DNA of 64,000 nt. It comes from an uncultured delta proteobacterium. Its GTDB lineage: Bacteria; Desulfobacterota; WTBG01. Where the stretch lies: contig CAWCBP010000001.1 of NCBI GenBank assembly GCA_963793865.1, forward strand, positions 736,001-800,000. The letters are read 5' to 3'. The notes under the pieces are model-generated. The model ran no database searches. It was not told the DNA's origin and saw only the letters and a list, made by a program, of their open reading frames with translations. The position numbers and the translations under genes are program-made. Of the stretch, positions 9,052 to 18,417 are shown piece by piece; positions within the stretch are counted from its first letter, which is position 1; every line of letters starts with the position of its first letter.

Positions 9052-10551
9052 TCAGGAGACGTGGTAAAAGGATTCATCAGCCGGGTGTTTGCGGGCAACG
9101 CCTTCCTTGTATGCGGCGGTTTCCACGGCCTGCGCCACCGCTTCGCCCACACCCTTGTTGAAGACGGAGGGAATAATATAGCTTTCGTTAAGTTCCTGGT
9201 CGGTTACGGTTTGGGCAATGGCTTCAGCGGCGGCTATCTTCATGCCTTCGGTAATTCTGGTTGCGTAGCAGCGGAGCGCTCCCTTGAACAGGCCGGGAAA
9301 GCAGAGGACATTGTTGATCTGGTTCGGATAGTCCGACCTGCCGGTGGCCATGATCCTGGCATAGGGCTGCGCCTCTTCCGGCATGATTTCCGGGGTGGGA
9401 TTGGCCATGGCGAAGACAATGGGGTCTTTGCCCATGCCCCTGATGTCCTGCGCATTCAGCAGCTTTGCCGCCGACACCCCGATAAAAACATCGGCACCCT
9501 TAAGTGAGTCCGCCAGCGTTCCCCTGCAACCTTCCGGGTTTGTATGTTCCGCGTACCATTCTTTTACGCTGTTCATGCCTTCTTTCCTGCCGCGGTAGAT
9601 GGCCCCCGTTCTATCGCAGCCGATGATGTGGTGTACACCCACGGCCATGAGGATCTTGCTGCAGGCGACACCGGCGGCCCCGATGCCGCTTAAGACCACT
9701 TTTATATCCTGCTTTTTCTTGTCCACAATTTTCAAGGCATTGATTAATGCCGCCAGCACGACAACTGCCGTGCCGTGCTGGTCATCGTGGAAAACGGGGA
9801 TGTCGAGGCGTTCGATGAGCTGCTGCTCTATTTCAAAGCAGCGGGGGGCTGAAATATCCTCCAGGTTAATTCCGCCGAAGCCGGGCGAGATGCCGACAAC
9901 GATGTCAACGATCTTACCGGGGTCCTTGGTGTTTAAGCAAATGGGGAAGGCGTCGACGCCGCCGAATTCCTTGAAAAGCATCGCCTTGCCTTCCATGACC
10001 GGCATGGCCGCCTCCGGGCCGATGTCGCCCAGACCGAGGACGGCCGTGCCGTCGCTTACCACCGCCACCGTGCGCCGCTTGATGGTCAGGTGAAAGGCCC
10101 TGGATGTATCTTCCTGGATGGCCAGGCACACCCTGGCTACGCCGGGGGTGTAGGCCATTGACAGTTTGTCGACTGAATCCAGAGGCATTTTGCTCACCAC
10201 TTCGATTTTACCCCCTATGTGGGCAAAAAAGGTGCGGTCAGTTACCTCAATGACCGTGACGCCATCAATGGTGTTCAGGGTGCTGACGATGAGCTTCTCA
10301 TGCTCATTGTTGCGCGCATCAACGGTAATATCCCGTATGGTCTTTTCGCGCGTCCGTTTAACAATGCTAATATCCCCGATGACACCCCCCACATGTCCTA
10401 TGGCTGTGGCCACCGCTCCCAGCATCCCCGGCTTTCGTTCAAGCTCAATCCTTATAAGGGTACTGTAGCTGGGGGTAGGAGTGAGGGTTGCGTCCTGCTT
10501 TCTGCTCTGCAAGTTGTCGAAACTGCTCTCTTTGATCTTATTCATGGCCAA
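9052..10551 (-). CDS. NAD(P)-dependent malic enzyme with N-terminal ACT domain
   Basis: AYTPGVA, DGTAVLGLGDIGP, MEGKA, NLEDI, FHDDQHGTA, GIGAAG, ATGRSDYPNQINN; ACT-like KPGMLGAVATAIG. Confidence 0.93.
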   Translation of the reverse strand: MAMNKIKESSFDNLQSRKQDATLTPTPSYSTLIRIELERKPGMLGAVATAIGHVGGVIGDISIVKRTREKTIRDITVDARNNEHEKLIVSTLNTIDGVTVIEVTDRTFFAHIGGKIEVVSKMPLDSVDKLSMAYTPGVARVCLAIQEDTSRAFHLTIKRRTVAVVSDGTAVLGLGDIGPEAAMPVMEGKAMLFKEFGGVDAFPICLNTKDPGKIVDIVVGISPGFGGINLEDISAPRCFEIEQQLIERLDIPVFHDDQHGTAVVVLAALINALKIVDKKKQDIKVVLSGIGAAGVACSKILMAVGVHHIIGCDRTGAIYRGRKEGMNSVKEWYAEHTNPEGCRGTLADSLKGADVFIGVSAAKLLNAQDIRGMGKDPIVFAMANPTPEIMPEEAQPYARIMATGRSDYPNQINNVLCFPGLFKGALRCYATRITEGMKIAAAEAIAQTVTDQELNESYIIPSVFNKGVGEAVAQAVETAAYKEGVARKHPADESFYHVS

Positions 10552-10702
10552 TCTTCCTCCAGTCCTGGCAGGTTAACAGGCTTTAAACCGCAGGACCACC
10601 AAATATTTATATGAACATTTTAATGAGACTTTTCGAATTTCTTCAGATTCTTGCATATGTTCCATTATACTTCAATAAAATACTTGATTTGAAAAATTTT
10701 TG

Positions 10703-10730
10703 TTGACAAATTTTAAAATACTCTTATAAT
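10703..10730 (+). promoter_or_regulatory. Sigma70-type promoter for the RHH-ssu-porin operon
   Basis: TTGACA (10703-10708), 16 bp spacer, TATAAT (10725-10730). Confidence 0.75.
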
Positions 10731-10818
10731 ACTCCAATAATAGTATTATTATAATCATAATGGAGTGTATTTATTGCTTTTAAACTAATAAAACACACAT
10801 GACAGGTGATAGGGAAAC

Positions 10819-11037
10819 ATGATGACTGAGGAAAAAAGAGCTGTTTTGCTGCCGGTGGCATTGGTGCAAAAGATTGAGAGGAAAATTGAGCAGTCTCATT
10901 ACGCTTCAGTTGAAAGCTATGTTGAAGATGTTTTAAATGAGGTGCTCAAGGCAGAAGAAATGGAAATTCACGTTAAGGAACGGGAGAAGATGGATGAAAT
11001 ACGGGAAAGACTGAAAAAGCTCGGCTACATGGATTAA
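10819..11037 (+). CDS. Small ribbon-helix-helix (CopG-like) protein with C-terminal ERLKKLGY tail
   Basis: Strand-helix-helix pattern AVLLPVALVQKIE...SVESYVEDVL; 72 aa; first gene after the promoter. Confidence 0.65.
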   Translation: MMTEEKRAVLLPVALVQKIERKIEQSHYASVESYVEDVLNEVLKAEEMEIHVKEREKMDEIRERLKKLGYMD

Positions 11038-11080
11038 TGGGGTGGAACGTCATCAGTTTGCCTTTCGGGAGGAGCGCATC

Positions 11081-12115
11081 ATGAAAAAAATTACCGTGCT
11101 TTTAGTTCTGTGCTGTATCACAACTTTCGTTGCCTGTACCGGCAAGCCCGAATCGGAAGGGCCGCTGATCATTCGGGCGGGCCATTTCCCTGACATTGTT
11201 CATTCCCAGGCTCATGTGGGTAAAGTAAAAGGGACCTTCAAGGAAATGCTCGGTCCGGATGTTACCATTGATTGGAAATTGTTTAATGCCGGACCATCGG
11301 CCATTGAGGCGCTTTTTGCAGATGAGCTGGATCTTACCTATATCGGTCCCAATCCCGCCATCAACGGTTACATTAAGTCAAAGGGTGAGTCATTAAGAAT
11401 TGTGTGCGGTGCGGCCAGCGGCGGGGCGGGGCTGGTGGTCAGGGAAGACAGCGGTATCAATACCCCCGCTGATTTTCACGGAAAAAAGATTGCCACCCCC
11501 CAGCTGGGAAATACCCAGGACGTTGCCTGCCGAAACTGGCTTAAAAAGAACGGCTATGTGATCAGCGAGCAGGGTGGGGATGTGCAGGTAATACCGCTGG
11601 CAAATCCGGACCAGCTCACCCTTTTCATGAAAAAAGAGATTGACGGGGCGTGGACAAAGGAACCCTGGGTGGCGCGACTCATGGTTGAAGGCGGCGGAAA
11701 ACTTTTTCTTGACGAAAGAGACATCTGGCCTGACAGGAAATTCGTCACCGCTCACGTTATCGTCAGCACAAAATTCCTAAAGAAGCACCCGGATCTGGTC
11801 AAAAAGTGGATCACCGCCCATGTTCAGCTGACGGAATGGATTAACGGAAACATGGTCGAAGCGAAATCCATAGTCAATAGCGAGATCAAAAACCTGACCG
11901 GGAAGTCACTGCCCGAGAAGATTTTGGATGACGCCTTTTCAAGGACGTTGATCACCTATGATCCCATTCAAAGTTCACTTTTTACCTCGGCGGACTGGGC
12001 TTATGAGGCGGGCTTTCTGGGCTCGGAGAAGCCCGATCTCGCCTCAATCTACGACCTTTCATATCTGAAAGCGGTGCTTAAGGAAATGAATTACCCGCCG
12101 ATTCCGGATTTATGA
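11081..12115 (+). CDS. ssuA: SsuA-like ABC transporter substrate-binding lipoprotein (sulfonate/nitrate family)
   Basis: GGAG RBS, lipobox FVAC, FNAGPSAIEAL, YIGPNPAINGY, ATPQLGNTQD. Confidence 0.8.
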   Translation: MKKITVLLVLCCITTFVACTGKPESEGPLIIRAGHFPDIVHSQAHVGKVKGTFKEMLGPDVTIDWKLFNAGPSAIEALFADELDLTYIGPNPAINGYIKSKGESLRIVCGAASGGAGLVVREDSGINTPADFHGKKIATPQLGNTQDVACRNWLKKNGYVISEQGGDVQVIPLANPDQLTLFMKKEIDGAWTKEPWVARLMVEGGGKLFLDERDIWPDRKFVTAHVIVSTKFLKKHPDLVKKWITAHVQLTEWINGNMVEAKSIVNSEIKNLTGKSLPEKILDDAFSRTLITYDPIQSSLFTSADWAYEAGFLGSEKPDLASIYDLSYLKAVLKEMNYPPIPDL

Positions 12116-12140
12116 TTTGAAGATTAAGAGGGCCGGGAGC

Positions 12141-12920
12141 ATGAAACTGAACATACAAGGGGTATCGAAAACCTTTCTTGCACGGAAGAACAGGGTGCTT
12201 GCGCTGGAGGATATCTCTCTTGATGTAAAGCAGGGAGAGTTTGTGTGCCTGATCGGCCCATCGGGATGCGGCAAATCAACCCTGCTCAACATCATTGCCG
12301 GCCTGATGCACCCGGAGCAGGGAACGGTCCTCATGGACGGCCATCCGGTCACTGAACCGGGGCCCGACCGGGTGGTTATGTTTCAGGACCACGCACTTTT
12401 TCCCTGGCTCACGGTGCTGGGTAATGTTGAGTTCGGCATGAAGATGAAGGGTGTGCCGCGGGACAAGAGAAGGGCTCTTGCCCTGGAGTTTTTGCGCATG
12501 GTCCATCTCAGTTCGTTTCAGCACGCGTACACCCATGAGCTGTCGGGGGGAATGAAACAAAGGGTTGCCCTGGCACGCGCACTGGCGATTAACCCGGACA
12601 TACTGCTGATGGATGAGCCGTTTTGCTCGCTGGACGCCCAGAGCAGGGAAATCCTCCAGGTGGAGCTTCAGGAAATATGGTCGCTCACCAGGAAGACCAT
12701 CGTGTTTGTCACCCATAACGTGCGCGAGGCGGTGTACCTCGGCAACAGGGTAATCGTCATGAGCGCGCGACCGGGAAGGATCAAACAAGATATTACCATT
12801 GACCTGCCGCGGCCGAGAAGGATGGGAAGTTTGGAAATGATAAAGGTTACAAATAGTATCATGCAGGAACTGCGGGGAGAGATTGAAACCGTCTTGAAAG
12901 AGGAGCTGCACGATGCGTAG
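12141..12920 (+). CDS. ssuB: ABC transporter ATP-binding protein (SsuB/TauB/NrtD family)
   Basis: GPSGCGKST, LSGGMKQR, LLMDEPF, VTH. Confidence 0.88.
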   Translation: MKLNIQGVSKTFLARKNRVLALEDISLDVKQGEFVCLIGPSGCGKSTLLNIIAGLMHPEQGTVLMDGHPVTEPGPDRVVMFQDHALFPWLTVLGNVEFGMKMKGVPRDKRRALALEFLRMVHLSSFQHAYTHELSGGMKQRVALARALAINPDILLMDEPFCSLDAQSREILQVELQEIWSLTRKTIVFVTHNVREAVYLGNRVIVMSARPGRIKQDITIDLPRPRRMGSLEMIKVTNSIMQELRGEIETVLKEELHDA

Positions 12921-13671
12921 TGCCTTCAGGGTTATCTGTTTTTATGTGATTCTGCTGTTGATCTGGGAAGGGATATTCAGGCTGCACCTCTGGCCCGCAT
13001 TCCTCTTTCCCTCACCGCTCCAGGTGTTTGAGACGCTGGCAAACGGCTTTTACGATAAAAGTTTTCTCATCGGCATCGGCATCAGCATGGAACGGATCCT
13101 GCTGGGATTCGGGATTTCTCTTGTGCTCGGCATCGTGGTGGGCTTTTGCATCGGAAGCTTTCAGGTGCTTGATGGAACCATCGGGCCGCTTTTGAACGGA
13201 TTGAGAAGCCTTCCCAGCATCTGCTGGTTTCCCCTGGGCCTGCTCTGGTTCGGTTTAAATGAAAATGCAATCAACTTTGTGGTCATCATGGGTGCCGCCT
13301 TCTGCATTACCCTTGCAACTGATGACGGGGTCAAGAACATATCGCCCCTTTACCTCAGGGCGGCCTCCACCATGGGGGCAAAGGGGCTGAAGCGATTCTG
13401 GTACGTGATCCTTCCCGCAGCCCTTCCCTCCATTATAACCGGCATGAAGCTGGGATGGTCATTTGCCTGGAGATCCTTGATGGCCGGGGAAATGCTCTAT
13501 GTGAGCCTGGGGCTGGGACACCTGCTGATGATGGGACGGGAGCTCAACGACATCAGCCAGATGTTTGCGGTGATGCTGGTGATCATGGCCCTCGGTCTGC
13601 TTGTTGATAAAGTCGTGTTCGGGTTGATGGAGCGGGAAATGAGAATACGATGGGGACTTAACGCGCTTTAA
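12913..13671 (+). CDS. ssuC: ABC transporter permease (SsuC/TauC family)
   Basis: Hydrophobic; RAASTMGA (EAA loop), LPAALPSI, AWRSLMAGEM. Confidence 0.85.
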   Translation: MRSAFRVICFYVILLLIWEGIFRLHLWPAFLFPSPLQVFETLANGFYDKSFLIGIGISMERILLGFGISLVLGIVVGFCIGSFQVLDGTIGPLLNGLRSLPSICWFPLGLLWFGLNENAINFVVIMGAAFCITLATDDGVKNISPLYLRAASTMGAKGLKRFWYVILPAALPSIITGMKLGWSFAWRSLMAGEMLYVSLGLGHLLMMGRELNDISQMFAVMLVIMALGLLVDKVVFGLMEREMRIRWGLNAL

Positions 13672-13733
13672 GCTGTTACATAAGACGGAGACGTTAAAGG
13701 CAGGTGACAATTCATTGTAAAGGAGGGTAACCC

Positions 13734-15194
13734 ATGCGTATCAAAAACATAACCTTTGTTCTGCTTGTGGCAGTATATTGTGCTGTATTTTTCTCTGTAC
13801 CGGTTCGAGGGGAAGAGGTACAAAAGACCACGGTGGATAAGCTCCTGGATATACTCCAGGACAAGGGCATCATTACCGGGCAGCAGTACCAGGATCTGAA
13901 AAACGAGCTGGGCGCGGAGAAAAAGGTAATCGAGGAACAGAAGCAGGTAATAGCAGAGCAGAAAAAGGTAGTAGCGGACGCGAAAAGCAGGGAAGAGAAG
14001 ATGCCCCGGGTGGGTTATAAGAACGGATTTTACCTGGAAACGCCGGATCAGAATTTTACCCTCAAAATCGGGGGAAGGATGGATGCGGACATGCGTTTTT
14101 ATAACAGCGATCACCCGGAGAACAACCAGTTTTTTGTCAGCCGGGCCCGCGTCTACCTTTCAGGCACCCTCTTTAAATATTTTGAGTTCAAGATTGAGCC
14201 CGATTTCGGCAAGGGGACCAGCGAATTGAAGGACGGTTTTATCAATGTCAACTATGTGCCCTATGCCCAGTTTAAAGTAGGGCAGTTTAAGCAGCCGTTC
14301 AGCCTGGAACGCATGGCCTCTGCCAACTATATAGATTTTGTGGAGCGCTCGCTGCCGGTCGACAATCTGACCCCGGACCGGGACCAGGGGATCATGGTCC
14401 ACGGATCCTATGCGCCCATTGGGCTCCATTACGGACTGGGACTTTTTAACGGGGTGAGGGCAAACGAGAGCGAAGTGGATGACCACAAGGATGTGGCGAT
14501 GCGCATCGGCCTGACACCGTTTTACAAAAGCAAATCCATTCTGTTCAAAGGTCTGTATGTGGGATTCTCCTCAACCTACGGCGATGAAGAGATGGCCTAC
14601 CCCGACGATGAAGACGCCTTCTGGAGCAAGGGGAAGCTGGAGACGGCGGGTGACACGAAGTTTTTCCAGTTCACGAACGGGGTGAATCATGACGGGAGCA
14701 GACAGCGCATGGGTACGGAGTTTGCGTGGGTTGTGGGGCCGCTCTCCATCAAGGGTGAGTGGATGCGGCTTGATCTGAATGGTTTAAAGAATCCCGCCGG
14801 CGAGAGCCATGACCTGTCGATGAACGGAGAGTATATCTCACTGGCCTACTTTCTCACCGGTGAGACCCAGCAGTTTGATCCCGCGCAGGCTGTATTTAAG
14901 CGGACCAAGCCCAACAAGATCTTTGATCCCTCCCACGGCACGTGGGGCGGCCTGCAGCTTTTGGCCCGTTACGAGCGATTGGGGTTAAGCGACGGTTTCT
15001 TTGATCACGGTTATGCCAACAGCGCCAAGTATACTGACTGCGCCAAGGGGTTCACCCTCGGCTTGAATTGGTACTTGAACGAGATGGTGCGGGTGATGTT
15101 AAACTACAATCACATCGAGTTTGACGATTATGTGCTGGAAGCAAATGATGACAATGAGGATGTGTTGCTTGCCCGGTTCCACCTCGAATTCTAG
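13734..15194 (+). CDS. Outer-membrane porin, OprO/OprP (anion-selective) family
   Basis: Signal peptide, coiled coil, RARVYLSG, GQFKQPFSLE, FVERS, GLNWYLN, C-terminal Phe. Confidence 0.82.
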   Translation: MRIKNITFVLLVAVYCAVFFSVPVRGEEVQKTTVDKLLDILQDKGIITGQQYQDLKNELGAEKKVIEEQKQVIAEQKKVVADAKSREEKMPRVGYKNGFYLETPDQNFTLKIGGRMDADMRFYNSDHPENNQFFVSRARVYLSGTLFKYFEFKIEPDFGKGTSELKDGFINVNYVPYAQFKVGQFKQPFSLERMASANYIDFVERSLPVDNLTPDRDQGIMVHGSYAPIGLHYGLGLFNGVRANESEVDDHKDVAMRIGLTPFYKSKSILFKGLYVGFSSTYGDEEMAYPDDEDAFWSKGKLETAGDTKFFQFTNGVNHDGSRQRMGTEFAWVVGPLSIKGEWMRLDLNGLKNPAGESHDLSMNGEYISLAYFLTGETQQFDPAQAVFKRTKPNKIFDPSHGTWGGLQLLARYERLGLSDGFFDHGYANSAKYTDCAKGFTLGLNWYLNEMVRVMLNYNHIEFDDYVLEANDDNEDVLLARFHLEF

Positions 15195-15398
15195 GTGTGT
15201 GCAGTCAGCCGCTGTGGCCGCACCGGGATGTCCTGACATGCGGTTGCGGGAGATCCCGGGCAGAAAAGGTCATATATTTTACAGTAAATAATCGTTTGAT
15301 TAGAGATTGATACAAATGCTTGACAAGAATTGACAGGTTGTGATAGAAGGTGCAACAAAATTAATTAATTCATTCATTCATCAAAGAGAGGTGCTGAC

Positions 15399-15860
15399 AT
15401 GAAGACAAGAACGCGGAAGTACACCACCATTGCAATCGCAGCTTTTATCTTCACCATGGCCCTGTCCTGCTATCAGTGCTGCGCTGCATCGGATGACGGT
15501 TCAGATCTGGCGGCGCAGATCTACGGCAGTGGATTTGTCCCCCTGACGCGCGGCTCTTCGACTACCATTCAGAATTTACCCGGCCAGCGAACATCCTTTG
15601 TCACAGTTCTGGCACTTGGCCAGGGAACGCTCAAGGCAACATTGAGCAAGAAGGACACCGTCAATGACGTGATCAGCATCATGATGATCGGCTATCCCGC
15701 AGATCCGGCTTTTGTTCCGGGTTTCGGCAGAACACCGGCCGATGTCGCAGTCAGTGCTGCGGTGACTGATGTGATGGGCGGATACGGCATTTTCTTTATT
15801 ATAACCAATGTTAAGTCAGGAGATACTTTCACCAGTTCTCTGGCGCTTAAATTAGAATAG
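15399..15860 (+). CDS. Hypothetical exported protein
   Basis: GAGG RBS, signal-peptide-like N-terminus, beta-rich 153 aa. Confidence 0.65.
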   Translation: MKTRTRKYTTIAIAAFIFTMALSCYQCCAASDDGSDLAAQIYGSGFVPLTRGSSTTIQNLPGQRTSFVTVLALGQGTLKATLSKKDTVNDVISIMMIGYPADPAFVPGFGRTPADVAVSAAVTDVMGGYGIFFIITNVKSGDTFTSSLALKLE

Positions 15861-15963
15861 CATCGAGGCACATTTTTCCTGACAGGAAGAGAGCTGCCGG
15901 GAAGATGCGGGCAGGCTGTGCGTGGGGTGGGTCAGCGCGGCGGGCAGTCGGAAAACGCATCCA

Positions 15964-16209
15964 TTACATTGCGGCAATCTTTGCATCGATACGCGCCTGA
16001 TGAACGGCATAGACGGGACAGGCGGGGCAGTGGGACTTCATCCACTGAACCATCTGTCCCTTTTGTTCTGCGGGGAGGTGTTCATACATCGGTTTCCAGT
16101 CAAGCTCAACGCAGCCTATCTTCTGCTCGTACGCCGGGCAGGGCCGGCGGGCGTCACCCGCGGCCCTCGCCATACAGGCAGGATTGAGATCGTAGCAGGT
16201 GCCGCCCAT
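15964..16209 (-). CDS. Small Cys-rich protein (6 Cys; CPAY...CPACPVY)
   Basis: AAGGAG RBS before ATG 16209; 81 aa. Confidence 0.65.
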   Translation of the reverse strand: MGGTCYDLNPACMARAAGDARRPCPAYEQKIGCVELDWKPMYEHLPAEQKGQMVQWMKSHCPACPVYAVHQARIDAKIAAM

Positions 16210-16251
16210 GATTTCTCCTTCTGCGTGCCGTCGTACACCGCTCAACCCCCG

Positions 16252-17694
16252 TCAATTCTCAGGCGTGCCGACCAGCATGTCACGGAACTTGTTGAGAGAA
16301 TTTACTATTGCGAGCGTTTCGTTCAGTCCTTCGATAATCAGCTTGCACGATTGGGTGGCGCCGGTCAGGGCATCGACATCCTTGCGAAGGGCTAAAGGAA
16401 GCCCGGTGCCGGCACGAGTGATCAAATCCTGCAAAAAAATATCCGCATCAATGGGCACGCCGTACAGGTCAATGGGTTCGATCAGAACGATGTTTTTAAT
16501 CGTGCCTGTCTGGTCGAAGGCATAGACGAAATGCACGTTGGTGCACACATCGCACAGGACATCCTTGAACACCTCGCGAACGAGAATCTTTTCATTGCTG
16601 CCTGACGTGCCGATATACACCGGCATATTGTTGTCCAGGATGATTTTATTGAATTGGTGAACGCCGGGGGCGACCGCCTGAATGTACTTCATGAGCTCCG
16701 CCTCCGGAAGCTCTTCCCTGAAATAGCTCTTGAGCTTGGTCAGTATGGACATGAGATTGGCAAGCGACAGCTGATCGCTGATATAGCGAATGGCGCCGTT
16801 CTTGTTAATGATAAAGGACTTGGGCATGGCATCAACGCCATAGCGTGCGGCAACCGTACCGTCGGTATCAAGCAGCAGCGGAAAGGTGACGTGATATTTT
16901 TGCCTGAACTGATCCACCGACTCCGGGCTGTCTTTGACAGCTATGCGGATGATGTTGAGATCCTCGCGGGTATATTCCTTGTACAGGGATTTCATGATCT
17001 CGACCACCTGGTGCACGGTCTGATTGTGAACCGACAGGAAGGTAATCAGGGTCTGCTTTTGGCCGATGGTATCGTACAGCCGGAAGGTTTCGCCTCCGGT
17101 GCCGCTGAGGGTAAAATCAGGCGCCTTGTTCCAGAGCCCTGCACCCACAAGCGATTTGTCCTGCATGATCTCATCCATGGCTGACTGAAAGGCCCGGTAA
17201 TCTCCTATTTTACCGCGATAGCGTATGGTGCCGGTTGTGTCGATGATATCCACCAGGGGGACCGTGTAGACGTAAAAGCTTTTGTAGATCTCCTGCTGCG
17301 GGTCGGGAATCAGGGTGAATTCGGGCTTAAAGTTGCGCTGAAATTCAAGCACCTCCTTGCTGTCATTTCCAATGGCAATGCCCAAAATTATCAGGTCTTT
17401 GTTGTTGCGCTGAATGGTATTGACCAGAGGAACTTCCTCGCGGCAGGTATGACAGTACACGTTAAAATGGAACAGCATAACTGTCTTGTGGGAAAACCGG
17501 GAGAGTGACACAACAGCGCCGGTGACATCCCTGGCTGAAAAATCAGGGGCCGATTCGCCCACCATGTCTGCTGAAACCGGCCGGGGGAGGATGCACAGGA
17601 GAGCAAACAGCATCAGCCCCTGCCGGAACGGCAATGGCCTGCCGATGTCAGGGTATGGGCTGTTCATTGCGGTGGAATACCTCCGTCCAGTCAC
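16252..17694 (-). CDS. Exported tandem redoxin (TlpA/AhpC-TSA-like) protein with C-terminal FMN-binding domain
   Basis: Two APDF...redoxin repeats (first has CHTC, second lacks CxxC); C-terminal CDVC and DALTGAT flavinylation-type motif; start uncertain. Confidence 0.75.
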   Translation of the reverse strand: MTGRRYSTAMNSPYPDIGRPLPFRQGLMLFALLCILPRPVSADMVGESAPDFSARDVTGAVVSLSRFSHKTVMLFHFNVYCHTCREEVPLVNTIQRNNKDLIILGIAIGNDSKEVLEFQRNFKPEFTLIPDPQQEIYKSFYVYTVPLVDIIDTTGTIRYRGKIGDYRAFQSAMDEIMQDKSLVGAGLWNKAPDFTLSGTGGETFRLYDTIGQKQTLITFLSVHNQTVHQVVEIMKSLYKEYTREDLNIIRIAVKDSPESVDQFRQKYHVTFPLLLDTDGTVAARYGVDAMPKSFIINKNGAIRYISDQLSLANLMSILTKLKSYFREELPEAELMKYIQAVAPGVHQFNKIILDNNMPVYIGTSGSNEKILVREVFKDVLCDVCTNVHFVYAFDQTGTIKNIVLIEPIDLYGVPIDADIFLQDLITRAGTGLPLALRKDVDALTGATQSCKLIIEGLNETLAIVNSLNKFRDMLVGTPEN

Positions 17695-17731
17695 CGGTTG
17701 ATGATAAGCCGTCTGTCCGCTGTCTAAACAG

Positions 17732-18136
17732 TTATTTGACCTGAATTGTGCCGGGTATGCTTTTGGAACCCCGTTTAACGGTATAGCTGAAGTCGCCCTT
17801 CTGAACCAGGCAGATACTGTCCGTTTTGCCGAATCCGATTTTGAAGAACAGACCCTGTTCGGTGCTGCCGCCGGGGAGGGGCGATCCGTTCAGGCAGGTG
17901 GCCATCTCCCTGTTGGCGAATAGGATTTCAGCATTATCCTGCGCCTCATTTACCCAGATAACCACCGTGCCCTGGTTAATGATGGCGCGGGCCGGCTCTA
18001 TGCTGTCGGCCAATAGTCGTATGACCGTATATTTCATGGTTGCTTCCTCATCGCCCTGCGCAAGCGAAGCGGCGGGGAAAAGGAAGGCGCAGATCAATAA
18101 GCCGATGATCAGATTCAAAAGGTGCTTCACATTCAT
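17732..18136 (-). CDS. Exported protein, possible cupredoxin-like fold without canonical Cu ligands
   Basis: AGGAG RBS, signal peptide, GTVVIWVN...GDFSYTV...GTIQVK pattern. Confidence 0.55.
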   Translation of the reverse strand: MNVKHLLNLIIGLLICAFLFPAASLAQGDEEATMKYTVIRLLADSIEPARAIINQGTVVIWVNEAQDNAEILFANREMATCLNGSPLPGGSTEQGLFFKIGFGKTDSICLVQKGDFSYTVKRGSKSIPGTIQVK

Positions 18137-18389
18137 TGCATGCTCCTGGTGAGAATTGACAGCCTGAGGTACATGATAAAGCGGAGAGCCGGACCAGCCA
18201 CGGTTGTACCATGTGTGCTGTCGCTATAATACAGAAGTGACACGATTAAAGCAACAGATAGTTTTATCTGCCGGGACCATGGACTGCATGAACCGGAGGC
18301 CTCGGGAATAAACACGTGCATGCCCAGCGCACAGCCACCCTGGAATCGGGCTCGATGGTAACGGCCGGATGCGGCAGGCACAATAAAAC

Positions 18390-18417
18390 TTGACATTCTC
18401 ATACTAATCGCTATGAT
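18390..18417 (+). promoter_or_regulatory. Putative sigma70 promoter upstream of rpoZ
   Basis: TTGACA-16 bp-TATGAT. Confidence 0.55.

Noticed and set aside
233..10614. Long plus-strand ORFs (e.g. 3886-5091, 7941-8801, 2627-3397)
   Set aside because: Antisense shadows of GC-rich minus-strand genes with no recognisable motifs.
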